Assembly: GCA_965263295.1 (NCBI GenBank)
Contig: OZ253665.1
Span: 1,216,001-1,280,000, forward strand
Length of the DNA: 64,000 nt
Source of the DNA: Spirochaetia bacterium
GTDB lineage: Bacteria; Spirochaetota; Spirochaetia; SP-2023
Reading direction: 5' to 3'
Made by a program: the position numbers and the translations under genes. The notes below the pieces were generated by a model that ran no database searches, was not told the origin of the DNA, and saw only the letters and a program-made list of their open reading frames with translations. Shown piece by piece: positions 9,227-19,270 of the stretch. Each line of letters opens with the position of its first letter. Position 1 is the stretch's first letter.

Positions 9227-10207
9227 ATGGAAACACCAGATTGCAATTGGAAACAAGGAGCGATAGAGCGGGTTGCCTTGGAAGTTATTAAAGAGCAGAA
9301 GCTAAAGCGCCGCTGGGGTATCTTTTTTAAGACCTTTTTTTTGATATGTTTAACCTTTATTATTGGATATTTGGTCTTTGAAGCCCAAAAGGCGCCTCAT
9401 TACGACTTCTTTGGGCGACGTATGAATGATTTATCCAAAGGACGTATTGCTTTGGTGAGATTAAGTGGCGAGATTAGTGCCTATAGAATCGCTAATGCGG
9501 AAACCTTGAGTAAGTTGCTGCGCCAGGCTATCAGTGACAAAGGTGTCAAAGGTCTGCTGTTGCTTGCCAACAGCCCTGGCGGTTCGCCGGTTCAGTCTTC
9601 AGGAGTGTATCAGACAATACGCGCGCTGAAGAAACAGTATCAAAAACCGATCCTGACAGTGGTGGCAGATCGTTGTGCATCAGGGTGTTACTACATTGCC
9701 TCGGCAACCGATGAAATTTACGCGGATAAATCCAGCGTCGTTGGTTCTATTGGGGTAATTTTCAACGGTTATGGCTATTCTGAGGCGGCGGAAAAGCTAG
9801 GTATTGACCTACGTACTTTTACTGCCGGAAAAAATAAAGACATCATGAACCCTGCGCGCCCGTTGACAGCACAGGATGTCGCATTTGTAAAATCATGGCT
9901 AGACAATACGCACCAAAACTTTATTACAGCGGTTAAAGAGGGGCGAGGAAAGCGACTCTCGGACAATCCAGATCTGTTTTCTGGCTTGTTTTGGGTGGGC
10001 GATGAGGCCAAGGACTTAGGTTTGGTTGACGGCTTTGCAACGCCACTGGAGGTGTCTCAAAAAATAGGTAACTATCCCGTCTATGATTACACGGAGCAAG
10101 ACACCATTGACAAAGTATTAAAAGAGTTTGGCATGGCCGCTAAAAAAGCCATTGGTGAAGTATTAAACCAGGTTTTGTCGCCAATTACAGGCATAGAACT
10201 TAAATAA
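9227..10207 (+). CDS. sppA: Signal peptide peptidase SppA (S49, short form)
   Basis: RRWGIFFK plus TM helix; NSPGGSPVQS, CASGCYYIA, VGSIGV and AGKNKD motifs. Confidence 0.9.
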   Translation: METPDCNWKQGAIERVALEVIKEQKLKRRWGIFFKTFFLICLTFIIGYLVFEAQKAPHYDFFGRRMNDLSKGRIALVRLSGEISAYRIANAETLSKLLRQAISDKGVKGLLLLANSPGGSPVQSSGVYQTIRALKKQYQKPILTVVADRCASGCYYIASATDEIYADKSSVVGSIGVIFNGYGYSEAAEKLGIDLRTFTAGKNKDIMNPARPLTAQDVAFVKSWLDNTHQNFITAVKEGRGKRLSDNPDLFSGLFWVGDEAKDLGLVDGFATPLEVSQKIGNYPVYDYTEQDTIDKVLKEFGMAAKKAIGEVLNQVLSPITGIELK

Positions 10208-10271
10208 TTCATCCCTTACGTTGCCATGAGACTCATTAAGATATGGCAAGTTTACTATTAATTGTATTAAA

Positions 10272-10781
10272 ATGACTTATGTCGTTAGCAAACGTTTGAA
10301 AAAAGAAAATACGGCGAAGGCGTTGTCGGCGCGGCCACTGGCGGGATTCATCGGATGCGCTAAAACTTATCTAGGTACTGGAAAAAGCGCGTGCGCCCCA
10401 TGCTGGAAAATCGGGCGGCGATGCGCGAAGCCTTTGCCCTTAGAACCGGACAAAGAGGGACAGATCGACATGGCACGGCTGCTCAACAACAAGCTTATGC
10501 TCGTGGCGGCACAAATCGCCCAGAAACGGGAAGGACAGGTTACCCAGGCCAACATTGATAAATGAAGAACTGACAGAATCCGGGGAAGGACTGGTGCGCA
10601 AACTAAAAGACCTGAAACAGGCGGGCCGAGTCAAACAGCAGCGTGAGCAGCACATCGCGACCCAAGCTGCCGAAAAGCCAAAAAGCAAGCCGCGAAAATC
10701 AGCGACCAAGCTGCGAAATCCGACATCAAAGGGCTCAGTAAGGAGATTGATGTTGAGAAGACTGCGCTCCAGCTCGACTGA
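10272..10781 (+). pseudogene. Frameshifted phage Mu gp27-like (DUF3486-like) gene remnant
   Basis: Fragments in alternating frames join to ...KYGEGVVGAAT..LSRYWKKRVRPMLENRAAMREAFA / LEPDKEGQIDMARLLNNKLML... / ...EKAKKQAAKISDQAAKSDIKGLSKEIDVEKTALQLD*. Confidence 0.4.
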
Positions 10782-10934
10782 CGGCATCGTCCTTGTATCC
10801 AGTCATGACCCAGCGGATATCGAATCGATCAAGCTGGATTCAGGCCAGATCGCGCGACAGCTGGCCCCCTAAAATTGCGCCTCAAAATTCTAAGGCCGGC
10901 TGCGCTAAGAAACCAATAAGAAACTGTGGCTCGA

Positions 10935-13900
10935 CTAAGCCACTTGTAATAACTCGTGCAGCAGCAGCCAGAAACGAGGTTGCCGCAGGGTTAGGCAATC
11001 AAAGTTCACGGATACATGTTCCCAGGCTTCAAGATCTTCTTCCGACTTCATATGCTTGTAATTCCCTTTTGCCAAATTCCACTCAGCTTTGAGCAAATCC
11101 TGCAAATACTCTTGCCACTGCTCGCAAAGTGCCGCCTGTAGCCGGTGACAAAAAGATTCCTGCATCGCCAAATCTTTTATACAAGCAAATTCCGCCAGCT
11201 GGACCGCAAAATCCTTCGCTTGCTTTAACTGCGCTAAAAAGCCACCGCTCAAAGGCAGGGCTTCGCAGCGGCCACGCCACAATAGCCATATATAATCGCG
11301 CAAGGATGAAAGATTTCCGGCAGCGTGTCCATTGGCTTCCCCCAGGACAAATGAGTCTAGCGTGACCCCGCCCTGTAAATCCCAATCCAACTGCAGCAAC
11401 TTAGTCAAACGGCCAAAATATTGCGGAAAGCTCTGGCGCAGATCGGAAAACAGTTTTTTCTGTAACAAGCCGTGCAACTTGGCGGGAACCCCATAGCGGA
11501 TTTGATTCCAGCATAATAATGATTCCCCCTCCCACCACAAGGCAAATGCTTCGCCATTGACCAAGGCCAGCGCAGAGTTATTTGCTCCGGCTCCCCGCCC
11601 GATATCCAGCTCCATGCGCAATGCCGGCAAGGAGTAAGCCGCATGACGCCCAGGCCCCTCAGAGCCCAGCATCCGCCCCATAAATTCTTCTGGAAGTTGT
11701 TCCGTAAGTTCTGCTGAGACTTGGGTAGTTTCGCGCAGGAGAATACTATACTGGGGCTTGCGCCAGAAAGCTGGCCAACCGGGCCACAGACCCGGATCGA
11801 TCAGTTTTTTCTGTAATTGTTGGACCAAAGACTGCAAGCCCCCAAAAAGGTTTTGCCACTGCTCTTGTCGAAACAATTCGGCCCCCAATAAGCCCTCGCT
11901 TCGTAGAAATTCCCTCAGTCCCTCCGCGCCGGGCATTTCTGGCTCTGCAGCTGTAACAAGTTTCGCGCCATCTGCTAAGTTCAAGGCACAGAAGCGTGAC
12001 AACTGCAGAAAATAATCCACATCATTCCACAACTCCCGCTGCCATTTCGCATATTTCATGGGCACCAGGCATTCGGCCGACAATTGCTCCCCCTGAAAAA
12101 AAGATTCCGACAGACTGCGCTCCGCCCAGGAGTTTACGGGAGCTAGCCCGCTATAATGTTGCCAGAAATAAGTCGGCGCATCACACAAGAATAGCTCCAG
12201 TTCACGAATGTCACAGCGCAGCAACGACATAGAATGGTTTGTGCTGATCGTTACCGGGCCGCGGCGCTTGGCCGGCCGGTATGAACGCTCAAGAGCGCGA
12301 TATTGCTCATAAGCACTGCGGCTGTAAGTAAACAGGCCGGGTGCCGCGGGAGTGGACACAAAATAATCTCTGGCAAAAGGAAATAGCGGCTGTTCCCGGT
12401 GTAAAGCCCGCCAGACCTCCCCTTCCTCACGCTGTGTTTGCCGGGCAATAAAATGACACAGATCGTGCAAAGAGCTTGAAGGATTGCAAACACTGCCCGA
12501 ACTTAAGTCGCGATTCTGATAAGAAAAGAGCAGGCGCTCTCGCGCCGAAAGCAGCAACTCAGCAAAGATATGCTGTTCTTGTGACTCGCGGCTCAAGTGC
12601 TGCGGCAGCCTGGCACAAAGATCAAAGCGCAGAGGCGTACTGCTGCGCGGAAAACTCCTTTCGTTGAAGCCGAGTACACAAATCATGCGGAAAGGCACAC
12701 TGCGGTACGGCTGCAGTGAGGCACAGTTAATGCCTTGTGTCAGGTAGCGCCCCTTAAAACTAAAATTCTGCGCCAGCTTTTGCCGCAGCAGCTCCTGCAA
12801 TACGCTGAACGGGAAATTGATTTGACGCCAGCTTTTGCCCTTATATTTAGCCCCGTTCTGTTTGGCGCCCAACCCCCGCGACAAACTATCTTCAATGGCC
12901 AGGAGATTGCGCAAGCTGGTGTCAATGCTCCGGCGGTCTGAGCAGTCGCTGTAATGGGCCTCAGCGCGACAAAGCAAAAACTCGTCCTGCAGACTTTCCA
13001 GCAGGGCCACCCACTCGGAAATAGTCGCACGCTGGGGCAAGCTAGCGAGACGCTCGTGCAGGCGTAAAATATTCTGCAGCAGCGCGGCTAGCAATTCGGC
13101 GTCGTCTTGCCCTAGCGACAACTGTTGACAAAGGCCAGCCAGACCTGTCCCCCCAAGCGGGCCATCATCTATTTCCATTGCTTGCGACCAGCCGCCCAGA
13201 TAATCGCGCACAAACTGCCGCAAAACGCCGGGCCAAGCGGCATCGTTTGAGCCCGGCCTGGCCTTTTGGCTCTGCAAGCCCCAATTTGACTTCCAATGCC
13301 GTAACACCTTGCGCCAAAAACCATTGGGTTTAGACTGCAACAACTGTGACATTTGAACACAAGGGTTTTCAAGATAGCGCAGGCACTCATCTAGCGCAAA
13401 TGAAAACGGGAAAATGCCCGCCGGCTGCGCGATAGAATCCGTCCCTGCGGAACTGGAGACACTTTGTCCCGTATTCTGCCCCGTATTTTGCAGCGCACTT
13501 TGTCCCAAACCCAGCAACATCTCAAAGGCGGCAAAGTACTCGCTCAGGCTGGCAGCGACACCGCTGCGTTGCAACCCCCCGCCTTTGGCCGACAAGTCAA
13601 TAAAATTACAGTCCAGGCGGTAGTCGCCGCCACTTTTAAGGAAAATGCTCTGGATTAACGCCTGGTATTCATTGATATCCGGGGCCAGAATGGCGATATC
13701 ATTGAGAGACCAATCTGAATTCGCATCGAGGCTCGCCAGAATATGGTCTTTCAGAACCTCGACCTCACGGCGCTTGTCGCTGCAAGCCAAGAACAAAATA
13801 CTCTCGTCGTGCAGCTGTACTTCAGCCCCATGTGAAGCCTCCTTTTTGAGCTCTGGAGGCTCCTGCAACTCGACACAATCGCGCAGTTGCCGCCGCACAT

Positions 13901-14990
13901 AGTCTAGCAGACTCAGTTTTGCCGCCGTCTGCGGCGGCGCACTGTCCTGCCACTGAACCCGCGCGTCACGGCTGAGCAGCGCGGCACTGTGCAAACTGTT
14001 TTCCAGCCACAACGACTGAGGCAGGTTGCCCAGCTCGTCAGTCGTATGCCCAAGTGGCTTGCCATTTTGCAACAGACGGGCGGCATATTCGCGCAGCTCT
14101 GGCGGCAATAGAGCGGGCGTCAGCCAGAAGTGTTTCACTTCTGTAAATTGTGAAAGATAGATATAAAAAGACAGCTGCTGCGCACTGAGAAAACCCGAAC
14201 CGATAATATACAGGGATTCTGGCTGCAGAGACTGGCCATTCTGATCGCGCGGCAAAAGCCCTTGTGCCAAAACTTGGCCTATCAGCTCTCCGTGCCAGCA
14301 AAAGCCGTCCTGAGTCAAGCGCTGAACTCTGTGCCAGAGCCGGCGCTGCCAAGATTCAGCCTGTAAAGTATTTTCCAGCTCTTCTGGCTCAGTATCCCTT
14401 TTTGTGCGATCCTCAAATAAAACGTCTTTTTCTGCCGGCGGGTTTTGCAAAGCTTGGCGCAACTCTGCGCGGTAGCCGTCATACGCGACGAACAGCTGTG
14501 CCAAATTCTGGGCAAAGCCCCAAATATGCCGCTCTTGAACCTCACGGCCGAGGTCTCGCGCCCGAAGGAGCTCTAAAGTCTGCAACAAGGCCTTGGGCAG
14601 GTATTTTTCCAAGATGGCAAAACGACAGCTCTCAAGTAGGTGAAACAGTATGAGACTGACGATATCTGCGTGGATCCAGTTTGGCTGTGGTGAACTGGAT
14701 CCCATTTGCCGCACTTGCAAACGCGGGAAAAAATAAGACAGGTAGTGCTCCAGCACTTCCTTGGAGTGGCCCAGCTCCAGCCCCAGACTGAGACCCTGGT
14801 GGCGGGCCACGCACACTTTAAACCATTCGCCTAAAGCATTATTTTGCAACAGCAGTCGGGGCGGGCGGACAAATTGGCTGCGCTCAAGGTCAAGTTGTAA
14901 GCCCTGAGCGCCAGATCGACGAGACTGCAGTACCGTTTGCAACAGCTGTTCTGAATTCGTGCACGGATAAACGGTATAGGATCGCGGCAT
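10935..14990 (-). CDS. recC: Exodeoxyribonuclease V gamma subunit (RecC), elongated
   Basis: LAQLFVAYDGYR, ESWQRRLW, REVEVLKDHIL...DIAILAPDINEY, GINCASLQPYRSVPFRMICVLGFNERSFPR and QPLFPF motifs. Confidence 0.88.
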   Translation of the reverse strand: MPRSYTVYPCTNSEQLLQTVLQSRRSGAQGLQLDLERSQFVRPPRLLLQNNALGEWFKVCVARHQGLSLGLELGHSKEVLEHYLSYFFPRLQVRQMGSSSPQPNWIHADIVSLILFHLLESCRFAILEKYLPKALLQTLELLRARDLGREVQERHIWGFAQNLAQLFVAYDGYRAELRQALQNPPAEKDVLFEDRTKRDTEPEELENTLQAESWQRRLWHRVQRLTQDGFCWHGELIGQVLAQGLLPRDQNGQSLQPESLYIIGSGFLSAQQLSFYIYLSQFTEVKHFWLTPALLPPELREYAARLLQNGKPLGHTTDELGNLPQSLWLENSLHSAALLSRDARVQWQDSAPPQTAAKLSLLDYVRRQLRDCVELQEPPELKKEASHGAEVQLHDESILFLACSDKRREVEVLKDHILASLDANSDWSLNDIAILAPDINEYQALIQSIFLKSGGDYRLDCNFIDLSAKGGGLQRSGVAASLSEYFAAFEMLLGLGQSALQNTGQNTGQSVSSSAGTDSIAQPAGIFPFSFALDECLRYLENPCVQMSQLLQSKPNGFWRKVLRHWKSNWGLQSQKARPGSNDAAWPGVLRQFVRDYLGGWSQAMEIDDGPLGGTGLAGLCQQLSLGQDDAELLAALLQNILRLHERLASLPQRATISEWVALLESLQDEFLLCRAEAHYSDCSDRRSIDTSLRNLLAIEDSLSRGLGAKQNGAKYKGKSWRQINFPFSVLQELLRQKLAQNFSFKGRYLTQGINCASLQPYRSVPFRMICVLGFNERSFPRSSTPLRFDLCARLPQHLSRESQEQHIFAELLLSARERLLFSYQNRDLSSGSVCNPSSSLHDLCHFIARQTQREEGEVWRALHREQPLFPFARDYFVSTPAAPGLFTYSRSAYEQYRALERSYRPAKRRGPVTISTNHSMSLLRCDIRELELFLCDAPTYFWQHYSGLAPVNSWAERSLSESFFQGEQLSAECLVPMKYAKWQRELWNDVDYFLQLSRFCALNLADGAKLVTAAEPEMPGAEGLREFLRSEGLLGAELFRQEQWQNLFGGLQSLVQQLQKKLIDPGLWPGWPAFWRKPQYSILLRETTQVSAELTEQLPEEFMGRMLGSEGPGRHAAYSLPALRMELDIGRGAGANNSALALVNGEAFALWWEGESLLCWNQIRYGVPAKLHGLLQKKLFSDLRQSFPQYFGRLTKLLQLDWDLQGGVTLDSFVLGEANGHAAGNLSSLRDYIWLLWRGRCEALPLSGGFLAQLKQAKDFAVQLAEFACIKDLAMQESFCHRLQAALCEQWQEYLQDLLKAEWNLAKGNYKHMKSEEDLEAWEHVSVNFDCLTLRQPRFWLLLHELLQVA

Positions 14991-14999
14991 TTTAAAGCC

Positions 15000-16094
15000 T
15001 TAAATCTTGACAAGCCAATTATCGGGATCGGGCAGCAGGCCGTACTGAATTCCCTTTAAGCGTTTTTGCAGCCACACCGCGATGCGATCTTCTTCTCGCA
15101 ATGTCTGTGACGGCAGGTCGTAATCCCTCCCCTTGTAGCGGACACTGTGGATGGGCACTAAACCCGCAGCCGTCCCGGTGGCAAAAAGCTCCACACCATC
15201 ACTGAGCAATTCATCAATAGGAATCGGGCGTTCTTCCACCCGCGTGCCCTCAAATTGAGCAAGTTTAATAACCGAATCCCGGGTTATGCCCGGCAAGATG
15301 GTGTCTTTGAGCTCTGGAGTTACCAAGTGGCCATTTTTCAGCAATACAAAAATATTAGATCCAGAACCTTCTTCCAGATAACGTTGCTCGCGGCCATCGA
15401 GAAAGATGGCCTCCATAAAGCCTTCTCGTTGGGCTTCGTGGCGAGCCAACATCGAGATGACGTAGTTGGAAGCACATTTGATCCAGCCGGTACCTCCGGG
15501 CATAGCCCGCACGCGCTCACTAATTAGAGCGCAATTTCTACTGAAGTCGAGATAATTGCTAACCGGTGTCGAAACTATTACAATCCAAGGTTTCTGGCTG
15601 CGGTTGACACCTAGCCCGGGCTCAGAATAAGAAAAGGGTCGTATATAGATGGAGTTCGCATTATTAAAACTGTCTGCCTCCCAACTCGGGTCGTAGTGAA
15701 CGGTAACGCCCTGGTCAAGAGTTCGCCGCATTAGTTCGAGCAAGACTTTGAGGAAAGCTTCGGGCGCCATGGTAGGCTGCAGTATGCCGGCCATGGAACG
15801 CTGCATGCGCTCGCCATTATTCAGGGGTCGAAACAAGGCCCAAGAGCCATCTGCCTGAGGGAATGCCTTCAGTCCCTCAAATGCCCCAAGGCCGTATTGC
15901 GAGGTATACGTCACCAAAGAGAGCTCAGGAAACTGATTGCGCATTGTAAAGACAGCTTGCTGTTCTTCGGCACTAAGCTGGGCAAACTCTTCGGGCGTAT
16001 ACGGACTTTTGTTCTGGAAATCTCCCTTCCAGCTGCCATCGTTTTGGAACTCGGCTAAATATACCCAAGAACATATATTCGCTGCAAAAGCCAT
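15000..16094 (-). CDS. ilvE: Branched-chain amino acid aminotransferase
   Basis: QYGLGAFEGLKA, GTGWIKCASNY (PLP Lys), EEGSGSNIF, ILPGITRDS and GTAAG motifs. Confidence 0.93.
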   Translation of the reverse strand: MAFAANICSWVYLAEFQNDGSWKGDFQNKSPYTPEEFAQLSAEEQQAVFTMRNQFPELSLVTYTSQYGLGAFEGLKAFPQADGSWALFRPLNNGERMQRSMAGILQPTMAPEAFLKVLLELMRRTLDQGVTVHYDPSWEADSFNNANSIYIRPFSYSEPGLGVNRSQKPWIVIVSTPVSNYLDFSRNCALISERVRAMPGGTGWIKCASNYVISMLARHEAQREGFMEAIFLDGREQRYLEEGSGSNIFVLLKNGHLVTPELKDTILPGITRDSVIKLAQFEGTRVEERPIPIDELLSDGVELFATGTAAGLVPIHSVRYKGRDYDLPSQTLREEDRIAVWLQKRLKGIQYGLLPDPDNWLVKI

Positions 16095-16366
16095 ACCAGT
16101 CTCCTAATTCACAACTAACCCACGCATGATAGCAGAACCTGACAAAATACGGAATAGTGTCAGAACTTCTCTAGAGTACTAGACTTACAAATTCATCCAG
16201 GAGTTCGAATCAATATTTTCAAGTCCAATAGAGATCGGGACGGATAAACACAAACCAACGTAAACCCTGAATTGCGTAAACTCAAGTTTTCCGTTATTCT
16301 GAGGCCAATATTATTGCCGGCGATGCCGGCTGCCGCCCCACAGGAGGCCCGTATCCTGCCTCTTAA

Positions 16367-18139
16367 ATGCCTACAATTGCCCCCAGCCTCGAAGAGATTC
16401 GTCATTCTTTGGCACACGTCATGGCCTATGCCGTAAAGGAACTTTACAGAGACGTTAAAATGGGAGTTGGCCCCACAACTGAGAGCGGCTTCTACTATGA
16501 CCTGGACCTCGAACATCGCATCAGTCATGAAGATTTAAAACAAATTGAGAGAAAAATGCAGGAGCTGCTCAAACAGAAATACGACTTTGTGCGCGAAGAA
16601 GTTTCGGTTGCAGAGGCCCGCGAACGCTTTGCCAAAGACCGTTACAAAATGGAACTGATCGACGGCATTATCGGGCGCGGCGAAAGCGTCAGCCTGTATC
16701 GCTGCGGCGACTTTATCGACCTTTGCAGAGGCCCACACGTGGGCAACACGGCGCAGATCCCCGCCAAGGCTTTTAAGCTGGTCTCCCTAGCTGGATCCTA
16801 CTGGCGCGGTGACGAGAAAAATCCAATGATGCAACGCATTTATGGGTTTGCCTTTGAAACCCCGGCCGAACTGAAAGGACACATCCAGCTATTAGAAGAA
16901 ATGAAGAAACGCGACCACCGCAAACTAGGCCGAGAACTCGACCTGTTTTCCCTGCACGAAGAAGCCGGTTCTGGCCTGGTATACTGGCATCCCAAGGGAG
17001 GCCGTGCGCGCGTGGCTCTAGAGAATTACTGGCGACAACAGCACCTCGAAAATGGCTACGAAATTATTTTCACCCCACACATGGGCCGTTCCTGGTTGTG
17101 GCAGAAATCCGGGCACCTGGATTTTTATGCCGAGAACATGTTCGCCCCAATGGAGATCGACGGCAAGCAGTACTACATGAAACCGATGAACTGCCCATTC
17201 CACATCATGATTTACAAAAACAGCCAGTACTCTTACCGCGACTTGCCACTTCGCTGGGCCGAACTGGGAACTGTTTATCGCTACGAGCGTTCGGGGACAA
17301 TGCACGGCCTGACGCGCGTGCGCGGCTTCACCCAGGATGACGCACATATTTTCTGCACCGCCGAACAGATTGAAAGCGAAATCTTGCGAGTACTACGCTT
17401 TTCATTGACCATGCTGCGCACATTTGGTTTTCGAGAAATCTCAGCCTACCTGTCCACCCGTCCGCCAAAAGCGGTCGGCGAAGCCGAACACTGGGAAATC
17501 GCCCAAGAGTCGCTGTTGCAAGCCCTAAAAAAAGAGGCTATTCCATATGGTATCGACGAGGGCGGAGGGGCTTTCTACGGGCCAAAGATTGACTTGAAGG
17601 TCAAGGACGCGACGAAACGCGAGTGGCAGCTCTCAACGATTCAGTTTGATTTCAATCTGCCCGAGCGCTTTGACATTTCGTATACCGCTCAAGGAGGCTG
17701 CGAGCAGCGCCCTTACATGATCCACCGCACCCTACTCGGTTCAATTGAGCGCTTTTTCGGCGTATTGATTGAGCATTACGGCGCTTCGTTTCCGTTCTGG
17801 CTTGCCCCCGTCCAAGTGGCCATTATTCCGATACGCCCGGAGCACAGAGGCGCTGCCGATAAAATATATACGCAACTCAAAGAACTGGGCCTAAGTCTGA
17901 ACTACCTCGAACAGGGTGAAAACCTCAACTCCAGAATCAAGCGTGCCCATAAAGACAAGACACCCTACATCCTGATAATCGGCGATAAAGAAGTGCGAGA
18001 AGAGACTCTGGCGGTGCGCATGCGTGGCAATGTACAAGTTTCTGACGTCCCGCAAAAAGCCTTTGTGCGAGCCTGCAGACAAATGCAACAGCATCGCGCT
18101 CTAGAACTCATCGGGGACTTTTCGGCCCTGAGCACATAA
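16367..18139 (+). CDS. thrS: Threonine--tRNA ligase (lacks N-terminal TGS domain)
   Basis: RHSLAHVMA, DLCRGPH, RDHRKLG, KPMNCP, RVRGFTQDDAH and AFYGPKID motifs. Confidence 0.98.
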   Translation: MPTIAPSLEEIRHSLAHVMAYAVKELYRDVKMGVGPTTESGFYYDLDLEHRISHEDLKQIERKMQELLKQKYDFVREEVSVAEARERFAKDRYKMELIDGIIGRGESVSLYRCGDFIDLCRGPHVGNTAQIPAKAFKLVSLAGSYWRGDEKNPMMQRIYGFAFETPAELKGHIQLLEEMKKRDHRKLGRELDLFSLHEEAGSGLVYWHPKGGRARVALENYWRQQHLENGYEIIFTPHMGRSWLWQKSGHLDFYAENMFAPMEIDGKQYYMKPMNCPFHIMIYKNSQYSYRDLPLRWAELGTVYRYERSGTMHGLTRVRGFTQDDAHIFCTAEQIESEILRVLRFSLTMLRTFGFREISAYLSTRPPKAVGEAEHWEIAQESLLQALKKEAIPYGIDEGGGAFYGPKIDLKVKDATKREWQLSTIQFDFNLPERFDISYTAQGGCEQRPYMIHRTLLGSIERFFGVLIEHYGASFPFWLAPVQVAIIPIRPEHRGAADKIYTQLKELGLSLNYLEQGENLNSRIKRAHKDKTPYILIIGDKEVREETLAVRMRGNVQVSDVPQKAFVRACRQMQQHRALELIGDFSALST

Positions 18140-18171
18140 CTAACCCAATCTTCCAAGGCATCCTTTATTAA

Positions 18172-19251
18172 TTGACAAGACAAAACATCGTGGAAAGCCT
18201 AAGTCAGTTCCTTGCCAAACTAATGGGTCCATGGAGTCAGCTTCTACCGCCTGAGGGTGTCGATAGCACCGAAAACTTTATCCGTCTGTTGCAAAGCTCT
18301 TGGTATTACGCTTCGCCAGTCATCAGCATTGTTGTCGTCACTTATTTGATCTACAAAGGATACAACGCCTTTGTAGCCGCTGGCGCCCAAGAGCTGTTAA
18401 TTACCATTGCCCTGATCGCTCTGCTTTTTATTGTTTCCATGCTACTGCAGTTAGAGTTCCTTTTGTGGATTCTAGAACGTAGTGTTCCAACTCTTCTGGT
18501 CATGCTCGCTGTCATCCTGCAACCTGAACTACGGCGTATCTTTGTCCAAATCGGACGACAGAGCACACGTTATCAGCAGCGCCACCAGAATCAGGACCAA
18601 AAAGTTATTGATGAAATAGTTAAAGCTTGCGAAACCCTTTCAGACCGTGGGCGCGGCGCCCTGATCGTGTTTCGCCGTGAACACCTCCTGCGCCATATCC
18701 TAAGCACTGGAATCAGTCTCGACGCCCAACCCAGTGCAGAATTAATAGTTTCCTTGTTCGCCTATGACACGCCCTTGCACGATGGTGCCATCATTTTAGG
18801 ACATGCTCGCGTCCTGGCCGCCGCATGCATCCTGCCTATTGATCCAGAAGAGAAAAGCTTGATATCTATGAAGTCTGGCACGCGTCACCGTTCAGCCCTC
18901 GGCCTGATTCGCGAGACAGATGCCGTGGCTTTAATAGTTTCAGAAGAGTCTGGGCGCATTTCGCTGGCTTTTGATAGTCAAATGCGCTCTCACGTCAGCG
19001 CAGAACAAGCCAATAAAATCCTAGGAGAACTTTTGCTGCGCAAGGATCAGACCGGCCCCCCAAACAAACTGAAGCACTTTTTCCATCAGCTATCACAATT
19101 TATCTTGCACCACGGCTCGCAACAAACAAAGGCCAGCACTGCGTCATCTGCCAGGACAAGCCAGCCTGCCCAACACAGCCCTAAAGAAGTAAAGCAAACG
19201 ACATCACAGAAACAGACAGACAACAGTAACGCAGCCCCAAACGACACGTAG
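18172..19251 (+). CDS. cdaA: Diadenylate cyclase CdaA
   Basis: Three TM helices; QPELRR; DAC motifs PLHDGA and GTRHRSALG; VSEESG. Start uncertain. Confidence 0.93.
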   Translation: MTRQNIVESLSQFLAKLMGPWSQLLPPEGVDSTENFIRLLQSSWYYASPVISIVVVTYLIYKGYNAFVAAGAQELLITIALIALLFIVSMLLQLEFLLWILERSVPTLLVMLAVILQPELRRIFVQIGRQSTRYQQRHQNQDQKVIDEIVKACETLSDRGRGALIVFRREHLLRHILSTGISLDAQPSAELIVSLFAYDTPLHDGAIILGHARVLAAACILPIDPEEKSLISMKSGTRHRSALGLIRETDAVALIVSEESGRISLAFDSQMRSHVSAEQANKILGELLLRKDQTGPPNKLKHFFHQLSQFILHHGSQQTKASTASSARTSQPAQHSPKEVKQTTSQKQTDNSNAAPNDT

Positions 19252-19270
19252 GATCAAAGGCGTCCGCAAT

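Noticed and set aside
16204..16212. GTTCGAATC as part of a tRNA
   Set aside because: No T-stem pairing, anticodon arm or acceptor stem around it.
16150..16290. Possible IS end or gene relic between ilvE and thrS
   Set aside because: A short open stretch (TYKFIQEFESIFSSPIEIGTDKHKPT) with no recognisable family motif or paired inverted repeat.
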